Of a DNA stretch of 64,000 nucleotides, positions 1-12,809 are shown in pieces. Location: positions 5,146,001 to 5,210,000 of the forward strand of contig NC_043017.1 of the NCBI RefSeq assembly GCF_006345805.1, given 5' to 3'. Every line of letters starts with the position of its first letter. The stretch's first letter is position 1. Below the pieces are notes generated by a model that saw nothing but the letters and a program-made list of their open reading frames with translations, ran no database searches and was not told where the DNA came from. Source of the stretch: Octopus sinensis. Its lineage: Eukaryota. The position numbers were made by a program, and so were the translations under genes.

Positions 1-589
1 CCTCTGTACTTCAGTAAAGTACAAATTTATTATTCTTCAACAAAAATATTACGGACGGACAGCAACTTTTGAAATTTAGGCCAATTAAGCCACCGTTGTT
101 GTTGTACTGCAGTTTGACAATGACTTAAATGGCCGGAACTTCGAAGTTGCTGTCAATAATAATCTGGTTTAAAAATAATATATTCACACATATAACTAGA
201 GTCAGAGGGAGAGACAGGATAAAACAGATACATCATACACAATTTGAATATCTATCATTATTGACCAATTAATTGATTATCAAATATTGTTAATTATTTT
301 TATTGTTATTGTTGTTGCTGCTGCTGCTAATAATAATAATAATAACAGTCCTTTCTACTGGGGGCACAAGGCCACAGATTTGTGGGGAGGGGACTAGTTG
401 ATTACATCAGTCCCAGTACGCAACTGGTACTTAATTTATGAAAGGCTAGGTTGACCTCGCTCAAATGTTTTTTCACGTGCCACTGGCACAAGTGTCAGGA
501 AGGAGACGCTGGTAACAATCACACTCGAATGGTGCATTTTATGTGCCACTGGCACAGAAGCCAGTTACCTGCTCTGGCAACGATCACTC

Positions 590-660
590 TCTTCTGCTAT
601 AGCCTAAGGCCAACCAAAGTCTTGTGAGTGGATTTGGTAGATGGAAACTGAAAGAAGCCC

Positions 661-701
<41 letters not shown>

Positions 702-1180
702 GTATATATGGTGAGAATCTACAAAAAAACAAAAGACGAAGACAGGTGTGTAAACAACAAACAGATGTATTAGTTTAACGATCGGGAAGTGAGAAAGTCT
801 TTTACATTTTGAGCCTATGCTTTTCGACAGAAAGGAACACAGAAATAAACAGGGAGAGAAAATAGAAAAAGGTTTAGTGGCTAGCAATCTACCATTGCGA
901 ATTCATATATATATATATATATATATATACATGCGTGTATGTATGTATGTATGTATATATTTGTGGGGGTGTGTTTATGTTTGTCCCCACCTCCATCACT
1001 TGACAACTGATGCTGGTGTATTTATGTCCCCGTAACTTAGCGGTTTGGCAAAAGTGACTGATAGAACAACTACCAGACTTACAAGGTATAAATCCTGGTG
1101 TCATTTTCTTTGGCTAACACTTTTTAAGACAGTGCTCCAGCATGGCCGCAGTCAAATGACAGAAACAAGTAAAAAAAAAA
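590..1180 (+). mobile_element. SINE family A, 5'-truncated, with nested PLE-like fragment
   Basis: Homology to 5792-6196. Confidence 0.85.
711..903 (-). mobile_element. Penelope-like terminal fragment in the internal (TA)n of a SINE
   Basis: Homologous to 4058-4268 and 49331-49415 (shared GTATTAGT...CAGG/CGGGAAG block); flanked by (TA)n; hammerhead-like fold at 799-834. Confidence 0.5.
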
Positions 1181-1284
1181 TGTAAAAAGGAATAATGATA
1201 ATAATGATAACATAGGCACAAAGCCAGAAATTTGGCGGGAGAAACCAGTTAATTAAAATTACACCTGACCCAACCTGTTATTTG

Positions 1285-1321
<37 letters not shown>

Positions 1322-1322
<1 letters not shown>

Positions 1323-1813
1323 GTAATGACAACAAAAGTAGTTTTCACATTAGTATGGTGGGGATGGGGAAGAATAAATTGTAGAGGAACATTCATAGTG
1401 AAGGAAGACTGACAGCACTTTTAGTACCATTGTTGTCTACTAGCACAAGGATTGAATACTAAGCGGTTATTTGTTGTTGACACTGCGGCACAAAGTTGGG
1501 CTGAGTGGGGTTTGAACTCTGCGTAGGCATGGCTGTGTGGTAAGAAGCTTACCACCACGGCGAGCTGGCAGAAACGTTAGCACGCCGGGCGAAATGCTTA
1601 GCGGCATTTAGTCTGCCGTTATGTTCTGAGTTCAAATTCCACTGAGGTCGACTATGCCTTTCATCCTTTCGGGGGTCGATAAATTAAGTACCAGTTACGC
1701 ACTGGGATCGATGTAATCGACTCGATCCCTTTGTCTGTCCTTGTTTGTCCCCTCTATGTTTGCCGCTAAGGATTTCGTCAATCTTCACATTCCAAGTTCA
1801 AATGATGATGATG

Positions 1814-1852
<39 letters not shown>

Positions 1853-2340
1853 GTAATGACAACAAAAGTAGTTTTCACATTAGTATGGTGGGGATGGGAA
1901 GAATAAATTGTAGAGGAACATTCATAGTGAAGGAAGACTGACAGCACTTTTAGTACCATTGTTGTCTACTAGCACAAGGATGAATACTAAGCGGTTATTG
2001 TTGTTGACACTGCGGCACAAAGTGGGCTGAGTGGGGTTTGAACTCTGCGTAGGCATGGCTGTGTGGTAAGACGCTTACCACCACGGCGAGCTGGCAGAAA
2101 CGTTAGCACGCCGGGCGAAATGCTTAGCGGCATTTAGTCTGCCGTTATGTTCTGAGTTCAAATTCCACTGAGGTCGACTATGCCTTTCATCCTTTCGGGG
2201 GTCGATAAATTAAGTACCAGTTACGCACTGGGGTCGATGTAATCGACTCGATCCCTTTGTCTGTCCTTGTTTGTCCCCTCTATGTTTGCCGCTAAGGATT
2301 TCGTCAATCTTCACATTCCAAGTTCAAATGATGATGATGA
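1322..2340. repeat. ~530-bp tandem duplication (1322-1812 / 1852-2340) bounded by (AAT)n
   Basis: Near-identical copies, each including a SINE; only a few substitutions and 1-bp indels. Confidence 0.95.
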
Positions 2341-2375
2341 TAATAATAATAATAATATAATAATAATAATAATAA

Positions 2376-2728
2376 ATGCCCTAATGTAGTACCAGGATGC
2401 CCTGATGCAGTACCAGAATGCCCTGATGCAGTACCGAATGCCCTGATGCAGTACCAGGATGCCCTGAGGCAGTACCAGGATGCCCTGATGCAGGACCAGG
2501 ATGCCCTGATGCAGTACCAGGATGCCCTGATGCAGTACCAGATGCCCTGATGCAGTACCAGGATGCCCTGATGCAGTACCAGATGCCCTGATGCAGTACC
2601 AGGATGCCCTGATGCAGTACCAGATGCCCTGAGGCAGTACCAGGATACCCTGAGGCAGTACCAGGATGCCCTGAGGCAGTACCAGGATGCCCTGATGCAG
2701 TACCAGGATGCCCTGATGCAGTACCAGG
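2376..2728. repeat. Minisatellite, 21-bp unit GATGCCCTGATGCAGTACCAG, about 17 copies
   Basis: Direct reading of tandem units (20-21 bp variants). Confidence 0.95.
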
Positions 2729-3263
2729 CAGTGGCTCTCGTAGATCCTGATCTTAACTGATTGGAAGTGTTATCATCTACATTGTTTTGTCTTGGTATAA
2801 AAGATGGGCTACAGCAAATATTCTGCTCAATACCACAGATTTGCTTGTCAGTTGTTTGACCTTAACCAGTTGAGCATGTCCCTAAGTAGCTGACGATATG
2901 TTCATCTCTGATCACGAGCAGAAGTAGTGGGGGAGCATCATAGCCATGTGTTGAGAGGGATTCTTTGGGGTTTGAATAATTCACCTCTGGAAACATGGGT
3001 GGTTCTTTCAATATCCTTAAACAACCCTTATTCAGGGACCTTTTGAGCGAGATAGGCTACTCAACCTGAAGAAAATTCTAACTGGGCCCCACCTGCAAGG
3101 TCATGCGCTGATTATCTTGATATGAGATCACCATGTCGCGCACATATGGTTGTGATGCATGTGCCTAGTGTACCCTTATCAAACGGGTAGTCATGATGGG
3201 TATATTGGGCTTCGTATATTTTACCCCAGTGTCACTTTGATGGCATGAACTGCTCTCTCACTC
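2376..3263. mobile_element. (AAT)n-flanked non-coding interspersed repeat with terminal 21-bp tandem expansion
   Basis: (AAT)n on both sides; inverted partial copy at 30093-30213; no tRNA head and no ORF. Confidence 0.6.
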
Positions 3264-3686
3264 AATAATAATAATAATGATGATCATGATGATAATAATA
3301 ATACATAGCCTCATCAAGTTCTGAGTATTTCGATCTGGCATCTTAGACTGCTCACATTTATGCTGTTGTTTCATCTGTTAACCTCTCATCTTGTCAATAC
3401 ATATATGTTTGAAAAACATGGGATGAACATGGTCAGATCACCTTTCGTCATAAGTCTGCTTGATCAAGGCTGACCTGGGGTTAAACAACAGCAGCAGTAA
3501 GACTTCTGTTGATTCTATAAATGAAATTATTTAATTATTCAATGGGTTTAATGTACACTGCTGTTGAATAGATCTCTCTCTCATACATACATACATACAT
3601 ACATACGCACACACACATACATACATATACATTTATATATATATATATATTTACATATATACCTATATATATACACATACATATAG

Positions 3687-4010
3687 TGAGAGTGTGTGGC
3701 TCAGTGGTTAGGGCATTCAGCTCATGATCATAAAGTCATAGGTTCAATCCCAGGTGACACGTTGCGTCCTTGAGCAAGACACTTTATTTCACATTGCTCC
3801 AGTCCACTCAGCTGGCAAAAATGAGTAGGACCTGTATTTCAGAGGGCCAGCCTTGTCACACTCTGTGTCATGCTGAATCACCCTGAGAACTACGTTAAGG
3901 GTACACGTGTCTGTGGAGTACTCAGCCACTTGCATGTTAATTTCATGAGCAAAGATGTTCTGTTGATCGGATCAGCTGGGACCCTCGTCGTCGTAACCGA
4001 CAGAGTGCTC
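3687..4010 (+). mobile_element. tRNA-derived SINE family D
   Basis: GGCTCAGTGGTTAGGGC...GGTTCAATCCC head; CCTTGAGCAAGACACTTTATTTCAC...CTCCAGTCCACTCAGCTG core; homologous to 55631-55955. Confidence 0.85.
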
Positions 4011-4057
<47 letters not shown>

Positions 4058-4058
<1 letters not shown>

Positions 4059-4268
4059 TGTTCAAATTTACAGAAAACTAAAGACAGACAGGTAAGGGAA
4101 CAAGAAGCTGGTGTATTAGTTTGACACTCAGGAAGAACGGAAAAGTCTTCGATGTTTCGAGTCTATGCTCTTCCACAGAAAGGGAGAGGAAAACAAAATG
4201 GAGAACACATGAAGCAAAATGCAGAGAAAAAATGTGTGGGAATTAATAGTTCAACATGATGAAATGAC
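4058..4268 (-). mobile_element. Penelope-like terminal fragment
   Basis: Homologous to 711-903; flanked by (TA)n/(GA)n; hammerhead-like fold at 4147-4182. Confidence 0.5.
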
Positions 4269-5404
4269 ACTATATATATATGCGTATGTGTGTGTGTGTA
4301 TATATATATATATTTATATATATACATACACTACATACACACATGCATACACATATTCATCCATCATCCATCTATGTCTCTTCGTCCATTCATTTATCTA
4401 TCTGTCCATCTGTCTGTCTGTCCATTCATTTTTCCATCTCTCTCTCTATTCATCCATCCACTTCTCTGTCTGTCCGTCCGTCTGTTTGTATGTATGTTTG
4501 TCTGTGAATCTGTCTATTTATTCATCCATCCGTCTGTCTGTCTATCCATCCATTCATCTATGTATCTGTCTCTCTATCCATCACACAAACACACACTCCC
4601 TCTCTTCCCTACCTCCCCCTCTCGTATATCCCCTGCACGGTCTTTATATCAGCATAAAACTCAACACTATAAACTAACAAAAACAGTCAGTAATTCTATT
4701 ATGCTCCTGCCGTGTACCAAAACAAAACTAATTTTATGGTACTCATTGGCAGCTCTGTACACATCTTGTTACCATTCAGCATCACATTTCAAATACATCC
4801 ATTATGAAATTAATCCTTCATTCTGAGAGAGAACATGTTTCACTTGCATCTCTTACTGCTAATTACACCTGTACACCTGCCAGGTACAAAATTCTACCTT
4901 CTCTGGTCCCTAATTACATCTTGTACCCATCCATAGTTTAACCCCTGGAACCCATGAATATACTTTAATGACAGGACCAGATTAAGCCCCATAGAGGCCC
5001 TTAGCACTTAATAAGATTTTGGTACTGCCACATATAAGTATTTCAAAATATAAACAATAATAAACCAGAAAATATATTTCTTTACTACCCACAAGGGGCT
5101 AAACATAGAGGGAACAAACAAGGACAGACGAAAGGATTAAATCGATTACATCGACCCCAGTGCGTAACTGGTACTTAATTTATTGACCCCGAAAGGATGA
5201 AAGGCAAAGTCGACCTATTTTTCAAAATGAAACAGAACTAACAATAAGATGGAAAATAATGTTTATTTTTGTGTCCTTCCACTTTATTTATATTTGAAAT
5301 TTTGCTCTTATACTCTTTACTCTTTTACTCTTTTTTCGACTTCTGCATTACAATGCTTCAAGCAAACTTCAACACTTATATGGCAACAGTCTAAGCACTA
5401 AAGT

Positions 5405-5750
5405 GATGGCACATGGCTCAGTGGTTAGGGCATTGGACTCACAATCATGAGGTTGTGAGTTCGATTCCCAAACCGAGCTGTGTGTTGTGTTCTTCAGCAA
5501 GATACTTTATTCCACGTTGTTCCAGTTAATTCAGCTGCAGAAATACGTTGTGACATCAATGGTGCCAAACTGTATTGTCCCCTTTGTCTTTCCCTTGGAT
5601 AACATCAGTGGCATCGAGAGGTGAGGCTGGTATGTATAGACAACTGCTGGTCTTCCTTAAACAACCTTGCCCACACTTGTGCCTCTGAGAAGAACATTCT
5701 AGGTTTGATACCATGACCATTCATAATCGGAGGGGTTTTTTTACCCTTTA
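5405..5750 (+). mobile_element. SINE family D' (same head and core, different 3' part)
   Basis: Head and core as in 3687-4010; 3' part CTTTCCCTTGGATAACATCAGTGGCAT shared with 37132-37360. Confidence 0.8.
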
Positions 5751-5791
5751 CAAAATGACTAAAATAATTTAAAGAATAAAAAAATATATAT

Positions 5792-6196
5792 GGTGCTGGA
5801 GTGGCTGTGTGGTAAGTAGCTTGCTTACCAACCACATAGTTCTGGGTTCAGTCCCACTACGTGGCACTTTGGGTAAGTGTCTTCTACTATAGCCTCGGGC
5901 CGACCAAAGCCTTGTGAGTGGATTTGGTAGACAGAAACTGAAAGAAGCCCGTCGTATATATGTATATATATATGCGTGTGTGTGTTTGTGTGTCTGTGTT
6001 TGTCCCCCTAGCATTGCTTGACAACCAATGCTGGTGTGTTTATGTCCCCGTTACTTAGCGGTTCGGCAAAAGAGACCGATAGAATAAGTACTGAGCTTAC
6101 AAAAGAATAAGTCCTGGGGTCGAGTTGCTCGATTAAAGGCAGTGCTCCAGCATGGCCGCAGTCAAATGACTGAAACAAGTAAAAGTAAAGTAAAGT
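5792..6196 (+). mobile_element. Full-length tRNA-derived SINE family A (internal TA/TG microsatellite)
   Basis: Head GGAGTGGCTGTGTGG...GGGTTCAGTCCC (A/B-box-like); body GCCTTGTGAGTGGATTTGGTAGAC; tail CAGTCAAATGACTGAAACAAGTAAAAG; many copies in the window. Confidence 0.9.
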
Positions 6197-6849
6197 ATAT
6201 AAAGGAATACAATGCATGGCTATATAAAAACGGAAAGATATTCAAGTTTCTTGCTGTTTCCAAATGACATGGGTGTATACTATGTTATCAGACACTCTAC
6301 AACATTCAACATAACTTTAACCTTAATTACTGGGTAATTACTGTTATTGTTTTCACCTCGTTAACTCCTCATTTGATACAGATTAGGTTAAAGTAATCAG
6401 GATAAAAAGTCAAATTGCCTGTCTCTTTAGTTTCCTGATAACCTAATTAATTGTTAATGAGTTGGTAGTTTGGTATGGAGAACCTTACTGTAGAGACCTC
6501 AGCATATCACTGGTACATCAGCATCACAGGATCAAGTTTTAGTAATTTGAGGGTGTGAATCTTACCATTTAGATCCTAGCATATCACTGGTATTTCCGTA
6601 ACACTAGGTCAGATGATGGTAATTTAGTAGGACGTAATAGTAGTAGTAGTAGTAGTAGTAGTCGTAGTTATGGTGGTAGTGATGATAGTAGTAGTGGTAG
6701 TCATGATGGCAGTATTGGTGTTAGTGGTAGTTATCTACTGTATTAACCCTCATGTATCACTGGTACTTATTTTATTGGCTTAGATCACAAGGTAAAAGAA
6801 GCCAGGGATTCTAAGTTCAAATCCAGGTACTGTATTTATAAAAACTGTT

Positions 6850-7326
6850 TCTAGCAGAATCGTTAGCACACAGGATGAAATGTGTAGTGGTATTTCACCC
6901 ATCATATTTTGCTGTCGCTATGTTCTGAGTTCAAATTCCACTGAGGTTGACTTTGCCTTTCATCCTTTTAGGCGTCTATAAAATAAGTACCAGTTATGCA
7001 CTGGGGTCGATGTAATTGACTAACCCCCCCTCCCTCAAAATTTCATCCTTGTGCCTATAGTAGAAAGGATTATTATCATTATCATTATTATCATTATTTA
7101 TTTCTTTACTACCCACAAGGGGCTAAACACAGAGGGGACAAACAAGGACAGACAAAGCGATTAAGTCGATTCCATCGACCCCAGTGCGTAACTGGTACTT
7201 AATTTATCGACCCCGAAAGGATGAAAGGCAAAGTCAACCTTGGCGGAATTTGAACTCAGAACGTAACGGCAGACGAAATACGGCTACGCATCTCGCCCGG
7301 CGTGCTAACGTTTCTGCCAGCTCGCC
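6850..7326. mobile_element. Tail-to-tail inverted pair of SINE family B (6850-7070 +, 7099-7326 -)
   Basis: Both homologous to 41795-42026, in opposite orientation. Confidence 0.85.
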
Positions 7327-7367
7327 ACCTTTTTATCATTATTATCATTATTATTATTATCCTTATA

Positions 7368-7530
7368 GGTGAAGGAATGGCTGTGTTGTAAATAGCTTGC
7401 TTACCAACCACATGGTTCTGGGTTCAGTCCCATTGCATGGCACCTTGGCCAAGTGTCTTCTACTTTAGCCTCGGGCCGACCAAAGCCTTGTGAGTGGATT
7501 TGGTAGACAGAAACTGAAAGAAGCCCATCG

Positions 7531-7563
<33 letters not shown>

Positions 7564-7798
7564 GTATGTATGTATGTGTGTATATATGTTTGTGTTTCTG
7601 TGTTTGTCCCCCCCCAACATCGCTTGACAACCGATGCTGGTGTGTTTACATCCCCGTAACTTAGCGGTTTGGCAAAAGAGACCAATAGAATAAGTACTAG
7701 GCTTACAAAGAATAAGTCCTCGGGTTGATTTGCTCGACTAAAGGCGGTGCTCCAGCATGGCTGCAGTCAAATGACTGAAACAAGTAAATGAGTAAAAG
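7368..7798 (+). mobile_element. SINE family A
   Basis: Full-length homology to 5792-6196. Confidence 0.9.
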
Positions 7799-8039
7799 TG
7801 TATTGAGGGCACACGGTCTAGTGGTTAGAGCATTGCATTCACAATCAGAAGACCATAGTTTCAATTCCCAGACTGGATGGTGCATTGTGTTCTTGCGCAA
7901 GACATTTCGTCTCTTGTTGCCCTGTGATCACCTGACGCATGGCAGACCATGCACCTGTTTGGGCAACATGGATTTGATGGACAGAGTGAGCTGATGTACA
8001 GCAAATACATTTGGTAATTACAACCAAATCATTTGCATA

Positions 8040-8560
8040 GATCATCATCATCGTTTAACATCCGCTTTCCATGCTAGCATAGGTTGGACGATTTGACTGA
8101 GGTCTGGCAAACCAAATGGCTGCACCAGGCTCCAGTTTTGATCTGGCAGAGTTTCTACAGCTGGATGCCCTTCCTAGCGCCAACCATTCCAAGAGTGTAG
8201 TGGGTGCTTTTTCGTGTCACCGGCACGAGGGTCAGTTAGGCAGTACTGGCAATGGCCACACTCGAAATGGTGTTTTTTATGTGCCACCTGCACAGGAGCC
8301 AGTCCAGCGGCACTGGCAACGACCTCGCTCAAATTTTTTTTCACGTGTCACCATCCCAAGTGCCAGTAAGGTGAAGCAGGTAACAATCATGCTCGAATGG
8401 TGTTTTCTATGTGCCACCGGCACGAAGGCCAGCTTGTCGCTCTGGCAACGATCTCACTCGTATGGTACTCTTAGCGCTCCACTAGCATGGATGCCAGTCA
8501 TCGAATTTGATTTCGATTTTGATTTCACTTGCCTCCACAGGTCTTCGCAAAGCAGAGTTT
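8040..8560 (-). mobile_element. SINE/LINE-tail family C (ends in (GAT)n; RTE-like tail, tentative)
   Basis: Shared block CGTTTAAC.TCCG..TTCCATGCTAGCAT...CTACAGCTGGATGCCCTTCCTA; further copies at 10438, 12068, 24085, 51640 (-) and 23345-23565 (+). Confidence 0.8.
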
Positions 8561-8758
8561 AGTGTCCAAAAAGCTGAACACATATACATCATCTTTGACA
8601 GGCGAGCTCGTCATTATTATTACTTATTACCTGGATTTCTCTCTTCAGTTCATGCCAGAAATTACTAATCCCTATTCTATCATCCTAAATATCCACAACA
8701 AAGTCTGTCCCTGGAGAAAATTAAAATCAAAACATAAAAATAAATGACTCTGAACGCT

Positions 8759-9310
8759 CTGTGACATTTAGCTCGGAAACTAACATTATGTGACATTTTC
8801 CTCTAAGTCTTCTCTGCTGTGGGACATTTAGCTGGGGAAACTCCAATATTGTGACATTGAGCTAAAAACTGCAACCCTGACATTTAGTTCAGGAAGTTCT
8901 AAAACAGTGTGGCATTTCAGCTAGGAAACTCCAACACTGACATTTAGCTGGAAAGCTATAACACTGTGTGACATTTAGCTCGGAAACTCCAATGCTATGT
9001 AACATTTAGTTCAGAATGGCTTACGCTAAGTGACATTATTCAGCTGGGAAACACCAACTCTACAAGGGGTAGGGGCTGGAAAGTTCCTGGCTTTGGGTAA
9101 AAGAAAATACACGAGGATCATTTAATTATGATTTTATTAGACATATTTTCCTCTCGGATTCACATACCTGTTGTGGTACTTCTCCAGCTTTTCTAAGCCC
9201 TGTAAAAGGACACGAAAGATAGGGCCTCCAACCAGGTACTTTTGCAATACCCTTAATGTCAGGAACCTCTCAATGCTCCCTTGTATGTGACATTTAGCTC
9301 AATACTCTAC
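8759..9310. repeat. Degenerate ~30-bp minisatellite (GTGACATTTAGCTCGGAAACTCCAA...) interrupted by the mariner derivative
   Basis: About 10 units before 9061, resuming at 9286. Confidence 0.8.
9063..9283 (-). mobile_element. Mariner internal-deletion derivative (MITE-like) with TIRs and TA TSD
   Basis: TA at 9061-62 and 9284-85; left CAAGGGG...AAAGTTCCTGGC matches the reverse complement of the right end (CAAGGGAG...AGGTTCCTGAC); minus strand encodes QGLEKLEKYHNRYVNPRGKYV*, resembling a mariner transposase C-terminus. Confidence 0.75.
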
Positions 9311-10405
9311 TATTTCTATCATTTTCTATTTTAATTTCATCAATGAACAATTTCTCTCACCCTTCTAAAACACTTCATCCCCCAAATAATCCAGGGGACA
9401 TTTATCTTTTTGCCTGTTTTCCTGTTCTTTTCTTGTCTTGTAAGATACTTGGCGACCTCACTAGTGCTGGTGCCATGAAAGAAATAAAGGCACCTGGTAC
9501 ACTCTGGAAAGTGGTTGGCATTGGGAAGGAAATCAAACCATAGAAACCATACCAAAGCTGACACTGGAGCTGAAAATAGCCTTGGGTTTTGCCAGATCTG
9601 CGAGCCCCAAGGCCATTCTAAAGCAGTCCAGCCCATGTCATCATTGAAAATATTCATTAAATGATGACAACAATGATGATGATCACATCTTAATTTGATA
9701 AAATGCATAAAATACTAGTAACCCCTTCTGGGATTTGAGCTCAGAAATGTTGTATTGCTGCCTCATTCTTTACCTACAATCCTTACCCCTCCAGCTGCAG
9801 GCATTATCAGGTCACCTGCTCTGTTGATTGTTTTTTTAATTTTATTTTTATAAACACCTGGTTTTACCTGCTCTCTTAATTTTCCTCATTATCATTCATT
9901 CTACCCTAGTGACATACAGGTCATAATTAAACTAGTTTAATGTGTCTTTCAGTATACTCGCAAGAGTCGTTGGTGGCTGTGAGCAAGAACAATGTTTATG
10001 CTGGGTCTGAGTCATTGGACTGAGCCCATACTGGAGCACCACCTTGTGACTAATACCAGGTGTAGAACTTATTTCAGTCTGGCAGCACCCACTTTTATTG
10101 ATCTCTGTTTATTGAATGACTAGGTTCTTTTCTCACATAAAGGGGGGGATACCTGATACTAAATAACAATGGTGATTATAAAAAAGCACAAGCCTGGTAT
10201 TAGAACTCAATATACACATGTTTTAGAAAAAAGCATTATTATGTAGTAAAGAGCATAATAAAAAGTTGGATAAATGAAAAGAGAACAAGAAATTGTACAA
10301 TGAACTGCATTAGCTTATGACTGATTCTGCTATAAGGTGCAAAACACTCTTAGTTGAATGCTCATGTATCACCCTGTTGCTTCATCAGAGCTTCTAAGAT
10401 ATATA

Positions 10406-10811
10406 CAGTAATCCCTCGCCATATCGCAGTTCACCTATCATCATCATCATCATTGTTTAATGTCTGTTTTCCATGCTAGCTTGGGTTGCCTTTCCTAATA
10501 CCAACCACTCTGTGAGTGTAGTGGGTGCTTTTTACGTGCCACCGGCACAGGGACCAGAAGAGGCTAGCAATGGCCACAATCCGTTGGTGCTTTTTATGTG
10601 CCACCAGTACGGACGCCAGCCAGGTGGGGGTTTATTATTTAAGTTTATATCGATTCCTCCATGGTATTGTATTGTATTTATAATAAAATAAATATATACA
10701 AATCATAAAAAATTAAAAAAATATACAGTATTGTTTCTACTTTGCAGATTTTCACCTATTGCAGCGGGGTGAGGCTGGAATGTAACACCTGCAATAGTCA
10801 AGGGATTACTG
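10406..10811. mobile_element. pogo/Tigger-like MITE interrupted by a SINE fragment (10438-10625)
   Basis: TA|CAGTAATCCCT ... AGGGATTACTG|TA termini; body homologous to 24893-25202. Confidence 0.8.
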
Positions 10812-11083
10812 TAAATGATAGACTCTCCCATCGTTAAATGACGTATGAGGGGTCGACAATTTCTTACCGAACAACCACACTGTTGATTTGTTTATTGTGA
10901 TCAAATGGTTGTGTAGACACAAGCTCACTCCTTCCATCAGATCGACATTACCTGTACAGGTGCAACTGGGTGCCACAGGTCAGATGTTGAAATGATTGCA
11001 GAGCAATGTGACACATGATCCCGCAATCGTGAGTGAAACACACTAACTGCTAAGTCATGTGCCTATATATGTACATTTATATG

Positions 11084-11129
<46 letters not shown>

Positions 11130-11901
11130 CATACACGTACACACACACAGAGTATATGAATATGTATTTTTATATACATTTATACAGAAATAAGCGCAGG
11201 AATGGCTATGTGGTAAGTAGCTTGCTTATTAACCACATGGTCTTGGGTTTAGTCCCACTGCGTGGTTCCTTAGGCAAGCTACTCACCACACAGCCACTCT
11301 TGCACCTATATATATAAACATATGTGGATATGTTTGCATCTTCTGGTTTTCACATGACACAATACTTGTAAGCAGGTGTCACCATGATGCAAGCTGTGTC
11401 ATTTATTTCCTTTATTCTCCGGAAACATGTCTGGCCATGGGGACATATTACCTTGCTCGGAAACAGGTGAGGGTTGGTGACCGGAAAAACATCTGACCAT
11501 GGAATATTCGCTTCAATAAATTCTAACTGACCCATGCTCACATGAAGAAGTGGACATTAAAACAATAATGATGATGATGATGATGATGACGACGCAAGTG
11601 CTTGCTCACACACACACACACACACATGCACATGTGAATGCCTGCATTTTAATGAGCTGCATATGCATGATGACCAATAATGTTAGAGCTCATTAGAATT
11701 CTGCATCCTCAGATGCATGGGTCCTTATGTTTAACCCCTGCCCTGATTCATATTCAAATGCATGTAGGAAATGAATCTATTGAAATATCAATTATATTAT
11801 TTAGGTCTTGTTTATTTTTTCTGATATGCATATGCATATGTGTGTGTGTGTGTATATATATATATGCGTGTGTGTGTATATATACATATGTGTGTGTGTG
11901 T

Positions 11902-11946
<45 letters not shown>

Positions 11947-12809
11947 GTGTATATATATGTGCGTATATATATGTATATATATATATATATATGTATATTT
12001 GTATTTATACATATATAGATATATATATGTTCAAGTATACATATGTATATATATATAATATATATATATCATCATCGTCGTTTAACGTCCGTTCTCCATG
12101 CTAGCATGGGTTGGACGGTTCGACCGGGGTTCTGGGAAGCCAGAAGGCTGCACCAGGCTCCAGTCTAATTTGGCAATGTTTCTACAGCTGGATGCCCTTC
12201 CTAACGCCAACCACTCATGTGTATATATAATATATATATATATAACTATATATTTATTTATAAATATATACACACACATGTTTATGTGCATATGTATATT
12301 TGTATGTATATGTGTATTTGTATACATAAACGTGTATGTGTATGTTTGCATGTATATATACTCACATGCACATATCTACATACATATGCACACACAAACC
12401 CCTACATACACATACATACACCATTTCTAATTATAAGTTTGCAGTGACTACCCACCTTAAAAATCCACCCTCCACCACCCTTAATTATAATGTAGAATAT
12501 CCAGTCACGACTATAGATTTCAACAATCCACCCTTAATAATTGATTTCATATTGAGAGAGAAACAGATGTGGACCCTGAAAATTGTTATTGTGAAATTTA
12601 AATGAATAATTTTTAATAAGATTAAACCCTATTGAATTGTTGTGCATGCAAGCACGCACTCGTGCACATGCACACGCAAAAACACAAATGCACACATATG
12701 TATATGTTGCAAATTTCAATATGGCTTGTTCAACCGTGTGAATGTATATTATATTCACAGAAATGGACACAGACATCTTTTAATGGTTGGTCTGTGTTTG
12801 ATTACAGAA

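Noticed and set aside
2376-2728. Regular short repeat array suggestive of CRISPR
   Set aside because: No unique spacers, eukaryotic context, no cas genes; a plain minisatellite.
5792-5870. tRNA-like sequences with A/B boxes (many copies)
   Set aside because: These are SINE heads continuing into SINE bodies; no complete cloverleaf is evident.
9940-9985. Possible + strand microexon (TCTTTCAG|9953-9978|GTGAGC), and a similar one at 19345-19366
   Set aside because: Lengths of 26, 13 and 22 nt with ambiguous donors; such matches are expected by chance at this scale.
10340-10395. Minus-strand CTGATGAAGC possible hammerhead
   Set aside because: No GAAAC/NUH at the required positions.
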